DNA of 64,000 nt from NCBI GenBank assembly GCA_045627525.1, contig JAZQNW010000006.1, positions 20,962 to 84,961 on the forward strand, read 5' to 3'. The notes under the pieces were generated by a model. It worked only from the letters and a program-made list of their open reading frames with translations, was not told the DNA's origin and did not search any database. The stretch comes from Bacilli bacterium. Its GTDB lineage: Bacteria > Bacillota_I > Bacilli_A > RF39 > UBA660. Positions 37,065 to 47,892 of this stretch are shown here, piece by piece (within the stretch, counting starts at the first letter, position 1; the number at the start of each line of letters is the position of its first letter). The translations under genes were made by a program, and so were the position numbers.

Positions 37065-39617
37065 ATGAAACGTAGTGAAGTGAATAGAGCTGATTTAAGC
37101 CCTATGATGCAACAATATATGGATATTAAAGATAAATATGAGGATAGTATCATATTTTTTAGGCTTGGAGATTTTTATGAAATGTTTTTTGATGATGCAA
37201 TAATTGCTTCAAGAGTTTTAGAACTTACTTTAACTGGCAAACAAGCTGGCCTTTCTGAAAGAGTACCTATGTGTGGTATTCCACATCATGCTTATTCTAA
37301 TTATGTTGATGAGTTAATTGATAAAGGATATAAAGTAGCTATTTGTGAACAATTAGAGGATCCAAAATCTGTTAAGGGAATGGTTAAAAGAGATGTTATT
37401 CAAGTAGTTACTAAAGGTACAAGAATTGATTCTAATATAGATTCTAAAAGTAATAATTTCATTGCTAATATATATGATTTTAATTATTGTTATGGAATTA
37501 GTTATATAGATATTTCTACTGGTGAAGTGTATGCTACTTTAGTAGAAGGTGAGAAAGAAAAGGTTATTAAGGAGATAGCTCGTAATAATTTTAAAGAAGT
37601 TATAGTTAATGACTCTATTGATAGAGAAATAGTAGAAGAACTTAGAACTAATCTAGGAGTTTTAGTTACTATTACAAAAAACGAATTAGATAATGATGAT
37701 TATCATTATATTTATGATAATATAGAAGACATTAGATTAGTCAAAGCTCTAAAGCATTTATTGTTTTATATTTTGGATGCTAAAAAGGGAGATTTACATC
37801 ATTTGCAGAGTTGCATAATAATTAAGAATAGCGAATTTTTAGAATTTGATAATAATACCAAAAGAAATCTAGAATTAGTAGAAACTTTAAGAAATAGAGA
37901 AAGACAATATAGCTTATTATGGCTTTTAGATAAATGTAAAACAGCTATGGGTTCTAGATATTTAAAACATAATATTGAAAATCCTTTAACAAATAAAAAT
38001 GAAATATTAAGGAGATATGATTTTGTATCAAAATTATCGACTGAATTTATTTTAAGGGATGATTTAATAAAAACTTTAGATCAGGTTTATGATTTAGAAA
38101 GATTAGCTGGACGTATTACTTATGGTAATTTAAATGCTAAGGATTTACTACAACTAAAAAGTTCTTTAAAAGTATTGCCTACTGTTAAAGACATTTTAAT
38201 TAATATTGGATATGATAAAACTATTGATACTTTTGATGATCTTTACTTATTACTTGAGAAAACTATATTAGAGGATGCTCCTTTCACTTTACATGAGGGT
38301 CATTTGATAAAAAGTGGTTATAATGAAGAATTAGATGAATTAAAGAAGATTAGTAGTGGCTCAAAAGACTTTATTTTAGAGATGGAAAAAAGTGAAAGAG
38401 AAAGAACTGGTATTAAAAATTTAAAAGTTGGATTTAATAAGGTTTTTGGTTATTATATAGAAGTATCTAAGGGACAAATACCATTAGTAAAAGAAGAATT
38501 TGGTTATGATAGAAAACAAACTTTAGCTAATTGTGAAAGATTTATTACGCCTGTTTTGAAGGAAAAAGAAAATATAATACTTGGAGCAGAAGAGAAAATA
38601 ATTAATTTAGAATATAAATTATTTATGGATATTAGAGAAGTTGTTAAAAGATATATTAGTAAATTGCAAGTCTGCGCTAAAATAATTAGTGAAATAGATA
38701 TGTTACAGTCTTTTTCAGTAGTTTCTGATAATTATAAGTTTGTACGACCAGAAATTACTGATGATAGAATTATAAAGATGATAGAATGTCGTCATCCAGT
38801 AGTTGAACAAGTTATGAAAGATAAATATATACCTAATGATATTATTATGGATAAAACTACGGATATTTTACTTATTACAGGACCAAATATGGCTGGTAAG
38901 TCTACTTATATGCGACAATGTGCTATTACAGTTATAATGGCTCAAATAGGTTGCTTTGTACCATGTAAAAGTTGTACTATTCCAATTTTTGATAAGATTT
39001 TTACAAGAATAGGTGCTAGTGATGATTTAGTTAGTGGGGAATCTACATTTATGGTAGAAATGAAAGAAGCTAATTATGCTATTAGTGGAGCTACAGAAAA
39101 CAGTTTAATTTTATTTGATGAATTAGGAAGAGGAACAGCAACTTATGATGGTATGAGTTTAGCTCAAGCAATACTTGAATATATTCATGATAAAATAAAA
39201 GCTAAGACCATGTTTTCTACTCATTATCACGAACTTACTAGTTTGGAAAAAGATTTAAAGCATTTAAAAAATGTTCATGTATCAGCTATAGAAGAAGATG
39301 GTAAAATAACATTTTTACATAAAGTAAAATTAGGGGCAGTTGATAAAAGCTATGGTATTCATGTAGCTAGTTTAGCTAAATTACCTAAAACTTTAATAGA
39401 TAGAGCTGATGATATATTAAATGTATATGAAAAGAAGAATATAAAGAAAGAAAACTTTACCCAAACATCTTTATTTGAATTAAATGATTTGGATGTTAAA
39501 GAAAAACCTAATGAAACTATTGAAAAAATAAAAAATATAAATCCATTAGAAATGACTCCAATGGATGCTCTTAGTTTTTTGTATGAAATTAATAAAGAAG
39601 TTAAGGAGAAAAAGTAA
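37065..39617 (+). CDS. mutS: DNA mismatch repair protein MutS
   Basis: N-terminal mismatch-binding motif (TPMMQQY...FFRLGDFYEMFFDDA), Walker A GPNMAGKST and a C-terminal HTH; 850 aa. Confidence 0.93.
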   Translation: MKRSEVNRADLSPMMQQYMDIKDKYEDSIIFFRLGDFYEMFFDDAIIASRVLELTLTGKQAGLSERVPMCGIPHHAYSNYVDELIDKGYKVAICEQLEDPKSVKGMVKRDVIQVVTKGTRIDSNIDSKSNNFIANIYDFNYCYGISYIDISTGEVYATLVEGEKEKVIKEIARNNFKEVIVNDSIDREIVEELRTNLGVLVTITKNELDNDDYHYIYDNIEDIRLVKALKHLLFYILDAKKGDLHHLQSCIIIKNSEFLEFDNNTKRNLELVETLRNRERQYSLLWLLDKCKTAMGSRYLKHNIENPLTNKNEILRRYDFVSKLSTEFILRDDLIKTLDQVYDLERLAGRITYGNLNAKDLLQLKSSLKVLPTVKDILINIGYDKTIDTFDDLYLLLEKTILEDAPFTLHEGHLIKSGYNEELDELKKISSGSKDFILEMEKSERERTGIKNLKVGFNKVFGYYIEVSKGQIPLVKEEFGYDRKQTLANCERFITPVLKEKENIILGAEEKIINLEYKLFMDIREVVKRYISKLQVCAKIISEIDMLQSFSVVSDNYKFVRPEITDDRIIKMIECRHPVVEQVMKDKYIPNDIIMDKTTDILLITGPNMAGKSTYMRQCAITVIMAQIGCFVPCKSCTIPIFDKIFTRIGASDDLVSGESTFMVEMKEANYAISGATENSLILFDELGRGTATYDGMSLAQAILEYIHDKIKAKTMFSTHYHELTSLEKDLKHLKNVHVSAIEEDGKITFLHKVKLGAVDKSYGIHVASLAKLPKTLIDRADDILNVYEKKNIKKENFTQTSLFELNDLDVKEKPNETIEKIKNINPLEMTPMDALSFLYEINKEVKEKK

Positions 39618-40378
39618 TGAAGATTAATTCGAAAAATAAAATGCTTTTAAATTCTAAGGATGTATATAGATGGCCTACTAGTAAATTATTAATTGATTTT
39701 ATAATTGATAATTATATTGAATACTTTGAATTTGCAGGGACAAAGTGTAATAATGATTCAAGGCATTTTTTGACAGATATAAGTAGAATAGGAAATAGAG
39801 AAGTTTTTAGTGCATCTTTAGAAGATAATAATAAAAGTACGAAAGAAGTAGTTACTTCTGATGGCTATGGAAGAGCTCAATATTCATCAATTCATAAATT
39901 ATATGATAATGGTTCGACTATTTATTTTGTTAGATTTGCTAATTTTTCTGAGGGATCTAATAAGAAAGTGGAAATGACAAATTATAAGTGCGGTTATTAT
40001 GTGTTTGATGGATCTTATGATATTACTTTTCCACCTATGAGTACTGATTTTTGCACTGATTTAATTAATTTACATGTAATTTCTGGAATAAAAAAACCGT
40101 CATATTATTTCAATTCAGCTTGTTTTGTTAGTTCTGGTAATTGCAAAAAAATTGATATTTCTGCTATTGATATTGAAAAAAATGGTAGAAAACGTGACAA
40201 ACATTTTTTTAATAATTTTGATTTTGATATTGAACATAATGGATTTTACTTTTACCTAGATATTTTTACTAATTTTTCATTAGGAAATGAAAGGTTACCT
40301 GGATATGATAAAATATCAAAGATTAAGGAAAAATCTAATTTAGATGAAGTTTTAGTTAAACAAAAAAGTTATTTATGA
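39617..40378 (+). CDS. Hypothetical protein, 253 aa, Cys-containing
   Basis: Start overlaps the mutS stop as TAATG; unknown family. Confidence 0.45.
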   Translation: MKINSKNKMLLNSKDVYRWPTSKLLIDFIIDNYIEYFEFAGTKCNNDSRHFLTDISRIGNREVFSASLEDNNKSTKEVVTSDGYGRAQYSSIHKLYDNGSTIYFVRFANFSEGSNKKVEMTNYKCGYYVFDGSYDITFPPMSTDFCTDLINLHVISGIKKPSYYFNSACFVSSGNCKKIDISAIDIEKNGRKRDKHFFNNFDFDIEHNGFYFYLDIFTNFSLGNERLPGYDKISKIKEKSNLDEVLVKQKSYL

Positions 40379-40406
40379 TATAATTTATTATTATAGGAAT
40401 GGTGTT

Positions 40407-41735
40407 ATGAGAGAAATTAAAAGTATAACAATTGTTACAGAGGAAGATGAATTTTTACCTAAGAAATTTGCCTATATTGTGTATGATAATGAAAAAGACA
40501 GACTTTGTACTTATAATGATTTAGTTAAAGAATTAGCAAAATATAAAAAAGGTGGAAGTATCTTTGGTACTAGAAATTTAGATGGTATTAAAAAGAGAAA
40601 TTTGACTTTTAAAGAATTACAATATAGGGAATATGGACTTTATGAAAGAGTTAGAAATTTAAGATATGAATTAGAAAATGAAAAGGATAAAAGCAGCAGA
40701 CAATTATCTAAAAAATATGATATAAATTTAGGTGATTTACCTAATATGTATTATATAGAGAGAAGTCATTTTTCTTATGATTGGGCTGGCCAATTTATGG
40801 CTACTATGAATAATTATAAAAAGTTAAAAGATTTAGTTTTAAATGAATGCAAACAAAGTGATATTAAATATAGAGAAGATACAGATTTAATTATTAGAGA
40901 AGCCGTTGATAAGATTGCTGAGGACTTAGTTGGCAATGCATTAGATGGCTGTCATAGTAGGCAGGAAATGTATATGATGCTTGAAGATAAAAAAAGTAAT
41001 TGTAAAACGCCTAGAGAAATGGAAGCTTTATCAAATATGATTGAATGTGATAGAAGATTTATGATTTTTTATCCAGCAACATTTTTTAAGAATTCTAGTG
41101 AATTGTTAGAAGTAATTGATGATAAAACTTATTGTGATAGAGAAGAGCTATTAAGCAAATGGGCAGAATTTTTGATCGTTTTACCAGAATATTGTGGTAT
41201 GTTACAAACATTAGAAAATTTTACTAGTGATATTTATGAAAAGAGTACGCAAGAAAGATTAGAATCATATTATGAAAATCAATCCTTTATTAATGATGTT
41301 ATAATGTTAATGGATCATGATAAGGGCCAAGAAATTTATCATTATCATGCTACTACAAGTAAAAAAGCAGCAGATAATATTTTGGATAAGGGATTATTTC
41401 TTATGAGTGGTGATTTAAGCTCTACAGCTTTTACTGAATTTAATTTAGATGATGTTTTAACTTATCAATATCAAGGCTCTGGACTATTTGATACAGTTGG
41501 TGATTATGTTGTTGTTATTAGACAACCAGATGGCGAAGATATTATTAGACCTACTACTGATTTAGAAAAAGAAAATAACAATATCATGGCTAGAAGAATG
41601 GGGGTAAATACAGCTGTTAATTCATATGTAATAGATTCATCAAATATTGTTGGTTATATTGATAAAGTTAGTCAGAATGTTGTTAAGAATGAAAAATTTG
41701 TTAAAAATCCAAAAATAGAAAGTGGACAGAAATAG
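40407..41735 (+). CDS. Hypothetical protein, 442 aa
   Basis: Long ORF with a GGAATGG RBS; unknown family. Confidence 0.45.
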   Translation: MREIKSITIVTEEDEFLPKKFAYIVYDNEKDRLCTYNDLVKELAKYKKGGSIFGTRNLDGIKKRNLTFKELQYREYGLYERVRNLRYELENEKDKSSRQLSKKYDINLGDLPNMYYIERSHFSYDWAGQFMATMNNYKKLKDLVLNECKQSDIKYREDTDLIIREAVDKIAEDLVGNALDGCHSRQEMYMMLEDKKSNCKTPREMEALSNMIECDRRFMIFYPATFFKNSSELLEVIDDKTYCDREELLSKWAEFLIVLPEYCGMLQTLENFTSDIYEKSTQERLESYYENQSFINDVIMLMDHDKGQEIYHYHATTSKKAADNILDKGLFLMSGDLSSTAFTEFNLDDVLTYQYQGSGLFDTVGDYVVVIRQPDGEDIIRPTTDLEKENNNIMARRMGVNTAVNSYVIDSSNIVGYIDKVSQNVVKNEKFVKNPKIESGQK

Positions 41736-41745
41736 AGGTGATATT

Positions 41746-42147
41746 ATGAAAACAAGAAGTGAACTTAGAGAGGTAATAGTAAAAGTACTTTATCAGGTTA
41801 TGATATTAGAAGAAGCAAATCTTGATTATAATGTTAATGATTTAATTAAGGAATTATTAGAAATAGAAAATGAATTTGTTGATCAAAGTATTGAAGGAAT
41901 ATTAGAAAATAGAAAAGAATTAGTAGAATTAAGTAATAAATATTTAAATAATTGGTCAATGGATCGTTTGAATAAAGTTGATCAAGCTATTATATTATTA
42001 GGTATTTATGAATTAAAATATACTGATACTCCTAGTATAGTTGCGATAAATGAAGCAATTGAATTATCTAAAAAATATTCTGATGAAGATGTAACAAAGA
42101 TGATTAATGGTGTATTAGATAAAATTTATCATGAAGAAGAAAAATAA
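41746..42147 (+). CDS. nusB: Transcription antitermination factor NusB
   Basis: [17 protein letters not shown]... and a NusB-like length (~133 aa). ATG 41746 follows an AGAGGTGA RBS. Confidence 0.8.
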   Translation: MKTRSELREVIVKVLYQVMILEEANLDYNVNDLIKELLEIENEFVDQSIEGILENRKELVELSNKYLNNWSMDRLNKVDQAIILLGIYELKYTDTPSIVAINEAIELSKKYSDEDVTKMINGVLDKIYHEEEK

Positions 42148-42164
42148 GACTTTGGTCTTATTTT
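42145..42164 (+). terminator. Rho-independent terminator or attenuator
   Basis: TAAGAC-tttg-GTCTTA hairpin followed by TTTT. Confidence 0.5.
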
Positions 42165-42182
42165 AGTTAATGAGGTGAAATA

Positions 42183-43436
42183 ATGAACGATAAGTATATT
42201 ACTGTTACTCAGTTAACTAAATATATTAAATATAAAATAGATAATGATGTTAATTTAAACGAGGTATTTTTAAAAGGTGAAATATCTAATTTTAAGGCAC
42301 ATAGTAGAGGACATTTCTATTTTACTTTAAAAGATGAAGGTAGTAGAATTAATGCTGTTATGTTTGCATCTAGTACAAAAAAATTAAAATTTATACCACA
42401 GGATGGTATGAAGGTGTTAGTTACTGGTAAAATATCTGTTTTTGAAGCTAATGGAGGTTATCAAATTTATGTTAATGATATGCTAGAAGATGGTGTTGGT
42501 AATTTATACATTGCTTTTGAACAGTTGAAGAAAAAATTAGAAATGGAAGGTTTATTTGATCCTACTATTAAAAAGAAAATACCAAAAATTCCAAAAAGAA
42601 TTGGAGTTATTACTGCTCCAACTGGTGCCGCTATTAAAGACATTATTTCAACAATAAAAAGAAGATGGCCGCTAACTGAAGTGTTACTTTTTCCATCATT
42701 GGTTCAAGGAGAAGCAGCAGCAGCGGATATAGTTAGACAAATTGAAAGATGTCAAAATTATGATTTAGATACTTTAATTGTTGGAAGAGGTGGAGGAAGT
42801 ATTGAGGATTTATGGCCATTTAATGAAGAAATAGTAGCTCGTGCTATATATCAATGCAATATTCCTGTAATTAGCGCTGTTGGTCATGAAATTGATTTTA
42901 CTATTTCAGACTTTGTAGCAGATTTACGGGCACCAACACCAACTGGAGCAGCAGAGATGGCAGTTCCACAAATGAGTGATGTTATTAATTATTTGAATCA
43001 ATTAAATATTAGACTTAATAAGGCAATTACTAGTGATTTAAATAAATATAGGCAGAGATTAGATGATGTTAATAGTAGATATATATTTACTAATCCTTTA
43101 AGCATATATCAAGCTAAAGAAATGTATTTTGATAATTTAATTGATAGATTACGATATAGTACTACTAATCTTGTTTCAATTAAGGAAAAGAAGTATTTGG
43201 AATTAAAAAATTCTTATATATTAAAAAATCCTTATCAATTACTTGATAAGAAATCTAATAAGTATTTACAATTGGTTTCAAAATTGGAAACGCTTAGTCC
43301 TTTACTTACATTAAAAAGAGGTTATACAATAACTAAATTTAATGATGAAGTGATTACAAGTTCTAAAAAATTAAAACAAAATGATGAAATAGAAATAGAA
43401 TTTAGTGATGGAGCTGTTAAAGCTCAAGTTTTATAG
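42183..43436 (+). CDS. xseA: Exodeoxyribonuclease VII large subunit
   Basis: OB-fold N-terminus (VFLKGEISNFKAHSRGHFYFTLKDEGSRINAVMF) and the XseA catalytic domain; 417 aa. Confidence 0.9.
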   Translation: MNDKYITVTQLTKYIKYKIDNDVNLNEVFLKGEISNFKAHSRGHFYFTLKDEGSRINAVMFASSTKKLKFIPQDGMKVLVTGKISVFEANGGYQIYVNDMLEDGVGNLYIAFEQLKKKLEMEGLFDPTIKKKIPKIPKRIGVITAPTGAAIKDIISTIKRRWPLTEVLLFPSLVQGEAAAADIVRQIERCQNYDLDTLIVGRGGGSIEDLWPFNEEIVARAIYQCNIPVISAVGHEIDFTISDFVADLRAPTPTGAAEMAVPQMSDVINYLNQLNIRLNKAITSDLNKYRQRLDDVNSRYIFTNPLSIYQAKEMYFDNLIDRLRYSTTNLVSIKEKKYLELKNSYILKNPYQLLDKKSNKYLQLVSKLETLSPLLTLKRGYTITKFNDEVITSSKKLKQNDEIEIEFSDGAVKAQVL

Positions 43437-43444
43437 GAGGAAAT

Positions 43445-43678
43445 ATGGCTGAGAAAAAAGATAAAGAATTAAGTTTTGAAGAAAGTTTAGAAAAATTAGA
43501 AGAAATAGTAAAGAAGTTAGAAAGTGGAGAAGTTCCTTTAGATGACGCTATTGATGAATTTACTAAAGCAATGAAACTTTCTAAATCCTGTGATGAGAAA
43601 TTAAAGAAGGCTGAAGAAGCTATTACTAAATTAGTAAATAAAGATGGTAAGTTAGAAGATTTTAAAATTGAGGAATAA
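43445..43678 (+). CDS. xseB: Exodeoxyribonuclease VII small subunit
   Basis: 77 aa, helical, FEESLEKLEEIVKKLESGEVPLDDAI..., directly after xseA. Confidence 0.88.
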   Translation: MAEKKDKELSFEESLEKLEEIVKKLESGEVPLDDAIDEFTKAMKLSKSCDEKLKKAEEAITKLVNKDGKLEDFKIEE

Positions 43679-43681
43679 AAA

Positions 43682-43700
43682 AAGCACTAGTGTGCTTTTT
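43682..43700. terminator. Bidirectional terminator
   Basis: AAGCAC-tagt-GTGCTT palindrome flanked by A and T runs, between convergent genes. Confidence 0.6.
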
Positions 43701-43701
43701 T

Positions 43702-43908
43702 TTATGCAAATAATTCTAATGCTCTTTCTAATTCAGTATCAGATAGAGGATAAAGACTATTTGGTTCATCTTTTGTACATTTTCTAACCATACAGTCGTC
43801 AGGATTATCTAAATTTGATAAATAAACAAAAGTTGTTCTCCCAACAGATACTTCACGAATTATACCGTATTTTATGTCATCTATTGTTACATATTCAATT
43901 TCTGTCAT
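43702..43908 (-). CDS. DUF1292 (YrzB/UPF0473-like) small protein
   Basis: MTEIEYVTIDDIKYGIIREV...YLSNLDNPDDCMV...ELERALELF. ATG 43908 follows an AAAGGAGG RBS; the ORF track extends it artefactually to 43980. Confidence 0.7.
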   Translation of the reverse strand: MTEIEYVTIDDIKYGIIREVSVGRTTFVYLSNLDNPDDCMVRKCTKDEPNSLYPLSDTELERALELFA

Positions 43909-43909
43909 T

Positions 43910-44800
43910 TTATTTTCCTCCTTTTCCACCATATGAAATATCACTTTTTGAAAATTCACCGAGCATATCATTAAGCTCATCTTGTGCAGTTGATATTCTA
44001 TTTTCTAAAACTCTTTGTTCTGCTAGTTGCGTTAACCATTCTTTTGGTTTTTCTACACCATTTTTTCTCATCATTCCTTCAACATTTGTTTCGGAAGTAT
44101 AACCGTCTTGATTAAGTATTTGAATTACACGATCAGTGGTTTGCTCATTACTACCACCTAATGTGTAGCATATTTCATTTTCTGTTACGATACCATCTTC
44201 AGCGATTTTAGTTGCTACTGCTTCAGTATCTACAATAATTCCATCTCCAGTATATGTTGGTTTACTATGTTTTGAAATAAATTCTTCAAAATCTGCAGCT
44301 TCATCAAGAACTTGTCTATAGGCTGTACGATATTCATTAAGTTCTTCAACTCTTTCATGAGTATCAATTGCTCCTTTAGCAGTTACGAATAGTATTCCAG
44401 CTGCTATTAATGCTTTTATTTGTCTTTCATGTTTTTTATAGACTTCTTTTGGTAGTTGAGTTAATTTTCTTGTTACTTTTATACCTTTTTTTGATTGCTC
44501 ATCTTCTTTTAGATGTCTTGGAGCTTTTGACTTATTATGAACTTCTTCTTTTTTTATTGGTGCAATTTTTTCATTACTATTTTCTCTTTTTCCTGAGCTT
44601 TTTTCTCTGCCTTCATCAAACATAAATTTAGGAGTATCTTCACTTAAATCATCCAATGTAAATGTTTCATATTCTAATGGCTCGGAATTTTTAATGGCTT
44701 CTTTGCCTATAATATAGTCATCATAACTTTCTGGAGTGATTGGCATAAATCCTTCCATGTTAAAACGATTACTTTGTCTTTCGTGATTATTTGTATCCAT
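43910..44800 (-). CDS. Hypothetical acidic protein, 296 aa
   Basis: Translationally coupled to the DUF1292 gene; no TM helix; unknown family. Confidence 0.45.
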   Translation of the reverse strand: MDTNNHERQSNRFNMEGFMPITPESYDDYIIGKEAIKNSEPLEYETFTLDDLSEDTPKFMFDEGREKSSGKRENSNEKIAPIKKEEVHNKSKAPRHLKEDEQSKKGIKVTRKLTQLPKEVYKKHERQIKALIAAGILFVTAKGAIDTHERVEELNEYRTAYRQVLDEAADFEEFISKHSKPTYTGDGIIVDTEAVATKIAEDGIVTENEICYTLGGSNEQTTDRVIQILNQDGYTSETNVEGMMRKNGVEKPKEWLTQLAEQRVLENRISTAQDELNDMLGEFSKSDISYGGKGGK

Positions 44801-44974
44801 ATACTTTCACCTCTATTATAATTATAAGTTTTTATTTACTTAATGTCAAAATAATTACTAAAAAGAAATGCATGTTTTCAAATGTTTACACTTATATTTG
44901 GCAATTTTTAGTGTAAATATTTTTTAAAATTTAATTAATAATATTAATGTAGATTGTTTTAAGAGGTGATTTTC

Positions 44975-45955
44975 ATGAAAATTAAGAACAAACTACATTT
45001 ATTATTTTTATCTATACTTCTTATTATTCCCTTAAATGTATTTGCTTATTCTAATTATGTTGTTGTAGGAGGAGAAACTATAGGAATTGAAGTTAATTCT
45101 AAAGGTGTGATGATAGTTGGCTTTTATAAAATTGATGATAAGTATATAGCTCGTGATGCAGGTTTTGCAGTTGGTGATATTATAGTAAAAGTTAATAATA
45201 ATAGTGTTTATGATATATCTTCTATGGTCAATTTTATTTCCAAAAGTAATGGAGATGTTATATTTGATGTTTTAAGGGGAAAGTCTCAAAAAAAAGTTAA
45301 AATGGTTTTAAAATCTGATTCTGATGGTGTTTTAAAAACAGGATTGTATGTTAAAGATAAAATTAATGGTATTGGTACATTGACTTATATTGATCCTGAA
45401 ACTAGGATATTTGGTGCTTTAGGTCATGAAATATTAGAAAGTAATACAATATCTAAATTTGAAATTAAGGATGGTTCAATCTATAGTGCTTCTGTTTCTG
45501 GTATTACTAAAAGTAGAAATGGTAAGGCTGGTGAAAAAAATGCCAATTATAATAAACAAAATGTAAATGGTACAATTAATTCTAATGAAATATCAGGTAT
45601 TTATGGCGAATATATAGATAATATAGCTAATTTAGAGACAATAGAAGTCGGAAATCCTTCTGATATATCTTTGGGTGAAGCTTATATAAAAACAGTGATT
45701 TCTGGAAATGATGCTTTACTTTTTAAAATTAATATTTTGAATATTGATTTAAATAGTAAAACTAAAAATATTTTATTTGAAGTAATAGATGAAAAATTAT
45801 TATCTGCAACAGGTGGAATAGTGCAGGGAATGAGTGGTTCTCCAATTATTCAGAATAATAAAATTATAGGTGCAGTTAATTATGTTATTGTAAATGATAC
45901 ATCTAAGGGATATGGTATATTTATAACAACAATGTTAGAAGATGGTGAAAAATAA
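44975..45955 (+). CDS. spoIVB: SpoIVB peptidase (S55), sporulation signalling serine protease
   Basis: Signal/TM N-terminus, a PDZ domain (GDIIVKVNNNSVYDISSMVNFI) and the catalytic GMSGSPI serine motif. ATG 44975 follows an AGAGGTGA RBS. Confidence 0.85.
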   Translation: MKIKNKLHLLFLSILLIIPLNVFAYSNYVVVGGETIGIEVNSKGVMIVGFYKIDDKYIARDAGFAVGDIIVKVNNNSVYDISSMVNFISKSNGDVIFDVLRGKSQKKVKMVLKSDSDGVLKTGLYVKDKINGIGTLTYIDPETRIFGALGHEILESNTISKFEIKDGSIYSASVSGITKSRNGKAGEKNANYNKQNVNGTINSNEISGIYGEYIDNIANLETIEVGNPSDISLGEAYIKTVISGNDALLFKINILNIDLNSKTKNILFEVIDEKLLSATGGIVQGMSGSPIIQNNKIIGAVNYVIVNDTSKGYGIFITTMLEDGEK

Positions 45956-46038
45956 GGCTTATGTCTTATTTTTCATTTTTTTTCTAGTATTATAAATTTT
46001 TTTGTGCTATAATTTTTCTAGAATATAGAGGTGTTTTT

Positions 46039-46353
46039 ATGTATATTGATGTAATTGTATTATTAGTTTTAATATTTATAGTTATTATGTTTTTTAAGAG
46101 ATTTTCATCATTTGTATTTTTTATGGCAATTATTGATATTTTTCTTAGAATATTAGCATTTATAAAACATAATATAAATTTAAAAGATGTTAGTAGCATA
46201 ATTGATAAGTATTTGCCTGAAAGTATATCTGATATTATTAATAAGTATTCATCAGGTATAATTAATACTGTTTTACAATGGGCATTTGTAGTTATTATGA
46301 TAATCTTTTTATCATATATAGTTAAAATATTTTTTAAGAAAAAGAAAATATAG
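46039..46353 (+). CDS. Hypothetical small membrane protein, 104 aa
   Basis: AGAGGTG RBS and three predicted TM helices; followed by an AACGAC-agataa-GTCGTT hairpin and a T run. Confidence 0.4.
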   Translation: MYIDVIVLLVLIFIVIMFFKRFSSFVFFMAIIDIFLRILAFIKHNINLKDVSSIIDKYLPESISDIINKYSSGIINTVLQWAFVVIMIIFLSYIVKIFFKKKKI

Positions 46354-46398
46354 TACTTAAAACGACAGATAAGTCGTTTTTTTATTTGTATATTTATT

Positions 46399-47175
46399 AT
46401 GGTGATTGATTTGAAAATTTATCTAGATTTAGTATTTTTACTTAATTTTTTTATTGATTTTTTAATATTATTTTCAACTTCTAAAATATTAAAAAATGTA
46501 ATTAAATTGAGAAAACTATTATTAGGTAGTTTAGTAGCTTCTTCTTCTATATTTCTATTATTTATTGATTTAAATTCTTTACAATTGTTTTTATTTAAAA
46601 TAGTTATTAGTGCTTCTATTATATTAGTTACGTTTGGTAGAAAAAGTTTTTTTAAAAATATTAGCTATTTTTATATATTAAGTATAATTTTAGGAGGTTG
46701 TTTGTATTTATTAAATATTAGTTTTACGTATAGTAATAAGGGAATATTATTTATTAATAATGGTTTAGTATTTAATTTTTTTCTAAGTATTATTGTTATT
46801 CCTATAATTTTATTTTGTTATGTTAAGGAGCATTTAATATATAAAAATACTTTTTCAAATATTTATGAAGTAAAATTAGAAATTAATAGAAAAATATATA
46901 ATTTGAGGGGGATGATAGATACTGGTAATCAACTTAAAGATCCATATAGTGGTAAAAGTATAATTCTGGTGAGTAATATTAACTATAATAAAAATTTTAT
47001 ATATGTGCCATATAAAGCTTTAAATACAAGCGGTATTATTAAATGTTTTAAGCCTAATAAAGTAGTCATTAATAATAAAGAATTTAATAATTGTTTAATA
47101 GGAATAAGTAATGATAAGTTTAATCTAGATAATGTTGATTGTATATTACCAAATATATTAAAGGAGGATTTATGA
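46399..47175 (+). CDS. spoIIGA: Sigma-E processing peptidase SpoIIGA
   Basis: Polytopic membrane N-terminus with a C-terminal aspartic protease motif (GMIDTGNQLKDP). Its 3' end overlaps sigE. Confidence 0.85.
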   Translation: MVIDLKIYLDLVFLLNFFIDFLILFSTSKILKNVIKLRKLLLGSLVASSSIFLLFIDLNSLQLFLFKIVISASIILVTFGRKSFFKNISYFYILSIILGGCLYLLNISFTYSNKGILFINNGLVFNFFLSIIVIPIILFCYVKEHLIYKNTFSNIYEVKLEINRKIYNLRGMIDTGNQLKDPYSGKSIILVSNINYNKNFIYVPYKALNTSGIIKCFKPNKVVINNKEFNNCLIGISNDKFNLDNVDCILPNILKEDL

Positions 47176-47858
47176 TTAGAGAATTTTTAAAAAAATTATT
47201 TTATAAAGTAACGGCAATATTTTATTTAGGATCTACTGATACATTACCTGAACCATTAAGTAAGGAAATGGAGGATTATTATGTAGCTTTAAAAGATGAT
47301 GGAGATAATCATGCTAAAGATATTTTAATAGAGCATAATTTACGATTAGTGGTATTTTTAGCTAAAAAATATGAAAATACTGGTGTTGATTTAGAAGATT
47401 TAGTTAGTATTGGAACTATTGGGTTAATAAAAGGTATTAATACATTTAGTAGTAGTAAAAATATAAAATTAGCAACATATGCTTCTAGGTGTATAGACAA
47501 TGAGATATTAATGTTTTTAAGAAAAAATAAAAAAGTAAAAACTGAAGTTAGTATTGATGAACCTCTATCATTAGATGGTGAGGGGAATGAACTTCATTTG
47601 GAAGATGTTTTGGGTACTGATCCTGATGTGGTTACTAAAGGTATTGAGGAGGAAACAGAAAGAAGATTAATGCTTAATGAGGTCATGCATTTAAAACCAA
47701 GAGACCGTGATATTATGATTTTAAGATATGGCTTAATGGGCCATGATGAATTAACACAAAAAGAAGTTGCTGAAAAGCTTGGTATATCACAGTCTTATAT
47801 TTCAAGAATTGAAAAGAAAGTAATAAAGAGATTAAAAATGCTTGTTAATTGCAATTAA
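47172..47858 (+). CDS. sigE: RNA polymerase sporulation sigma factor sigma-E, pro-sigma-E form
   Basis: Pro-sequence plus region 2 (LPEPLSKEMEDYY...ILIEHNLRLVVFLAKKYENTG...IGTIGLIKGINTF...KLATYASRCIDNEILM) and region 4 (ISQSYISRIEKKVIKRL). ATG 47172 follows an AAGGAGG RBS. Confidence 0.9.
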   Translation: MIREFLKKLFYKVTAIFYLGSTDTLPEPLSKEMEDYYVALKDDGDNHAKDILIEHNLRLVVFLAKKYENTGVDLEDLVSIGTIGLIKGINTFSSSKNIKLATYASRCIDNEILMFLRKNKKVKTEVSIDEPLSLDGEGNELHLEDVLGTDPDVVTKGIEEETERRLMLNEVMHLKPRDRDIMILRYGLMGHDELTQKEVAEKLGISQSYISRIEKKVIKRLKMLVNCN

Positions 47859-47892
47859 ATTATATATAATTTTTATAGTAGGAAGTGGTATA

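Noticed and set aside
40407-41735. Possible ADP-ribosyltransferase-like toxin signature (YHYHATTS ... SSTAF ... EF) in the 442-aa hypothetical protein
   Set aside because: Only a loose resemblance to H-Y-E or R-S-E ART motifs, with no Arg/STS/ExE spacing I can verify by eye and no signal peptide or immunity-gene context. It is kept as unknown.
46354-46398. Spo0A box upstream of spoIIGA (TGTCGTT-like at ~46365 on the minus strand)
   Set aside because: It is only a 5/7 match and is part of an AACGAC...GTCGTT terminator hairpin for the preceding small ORF. The evidence is insufficient.
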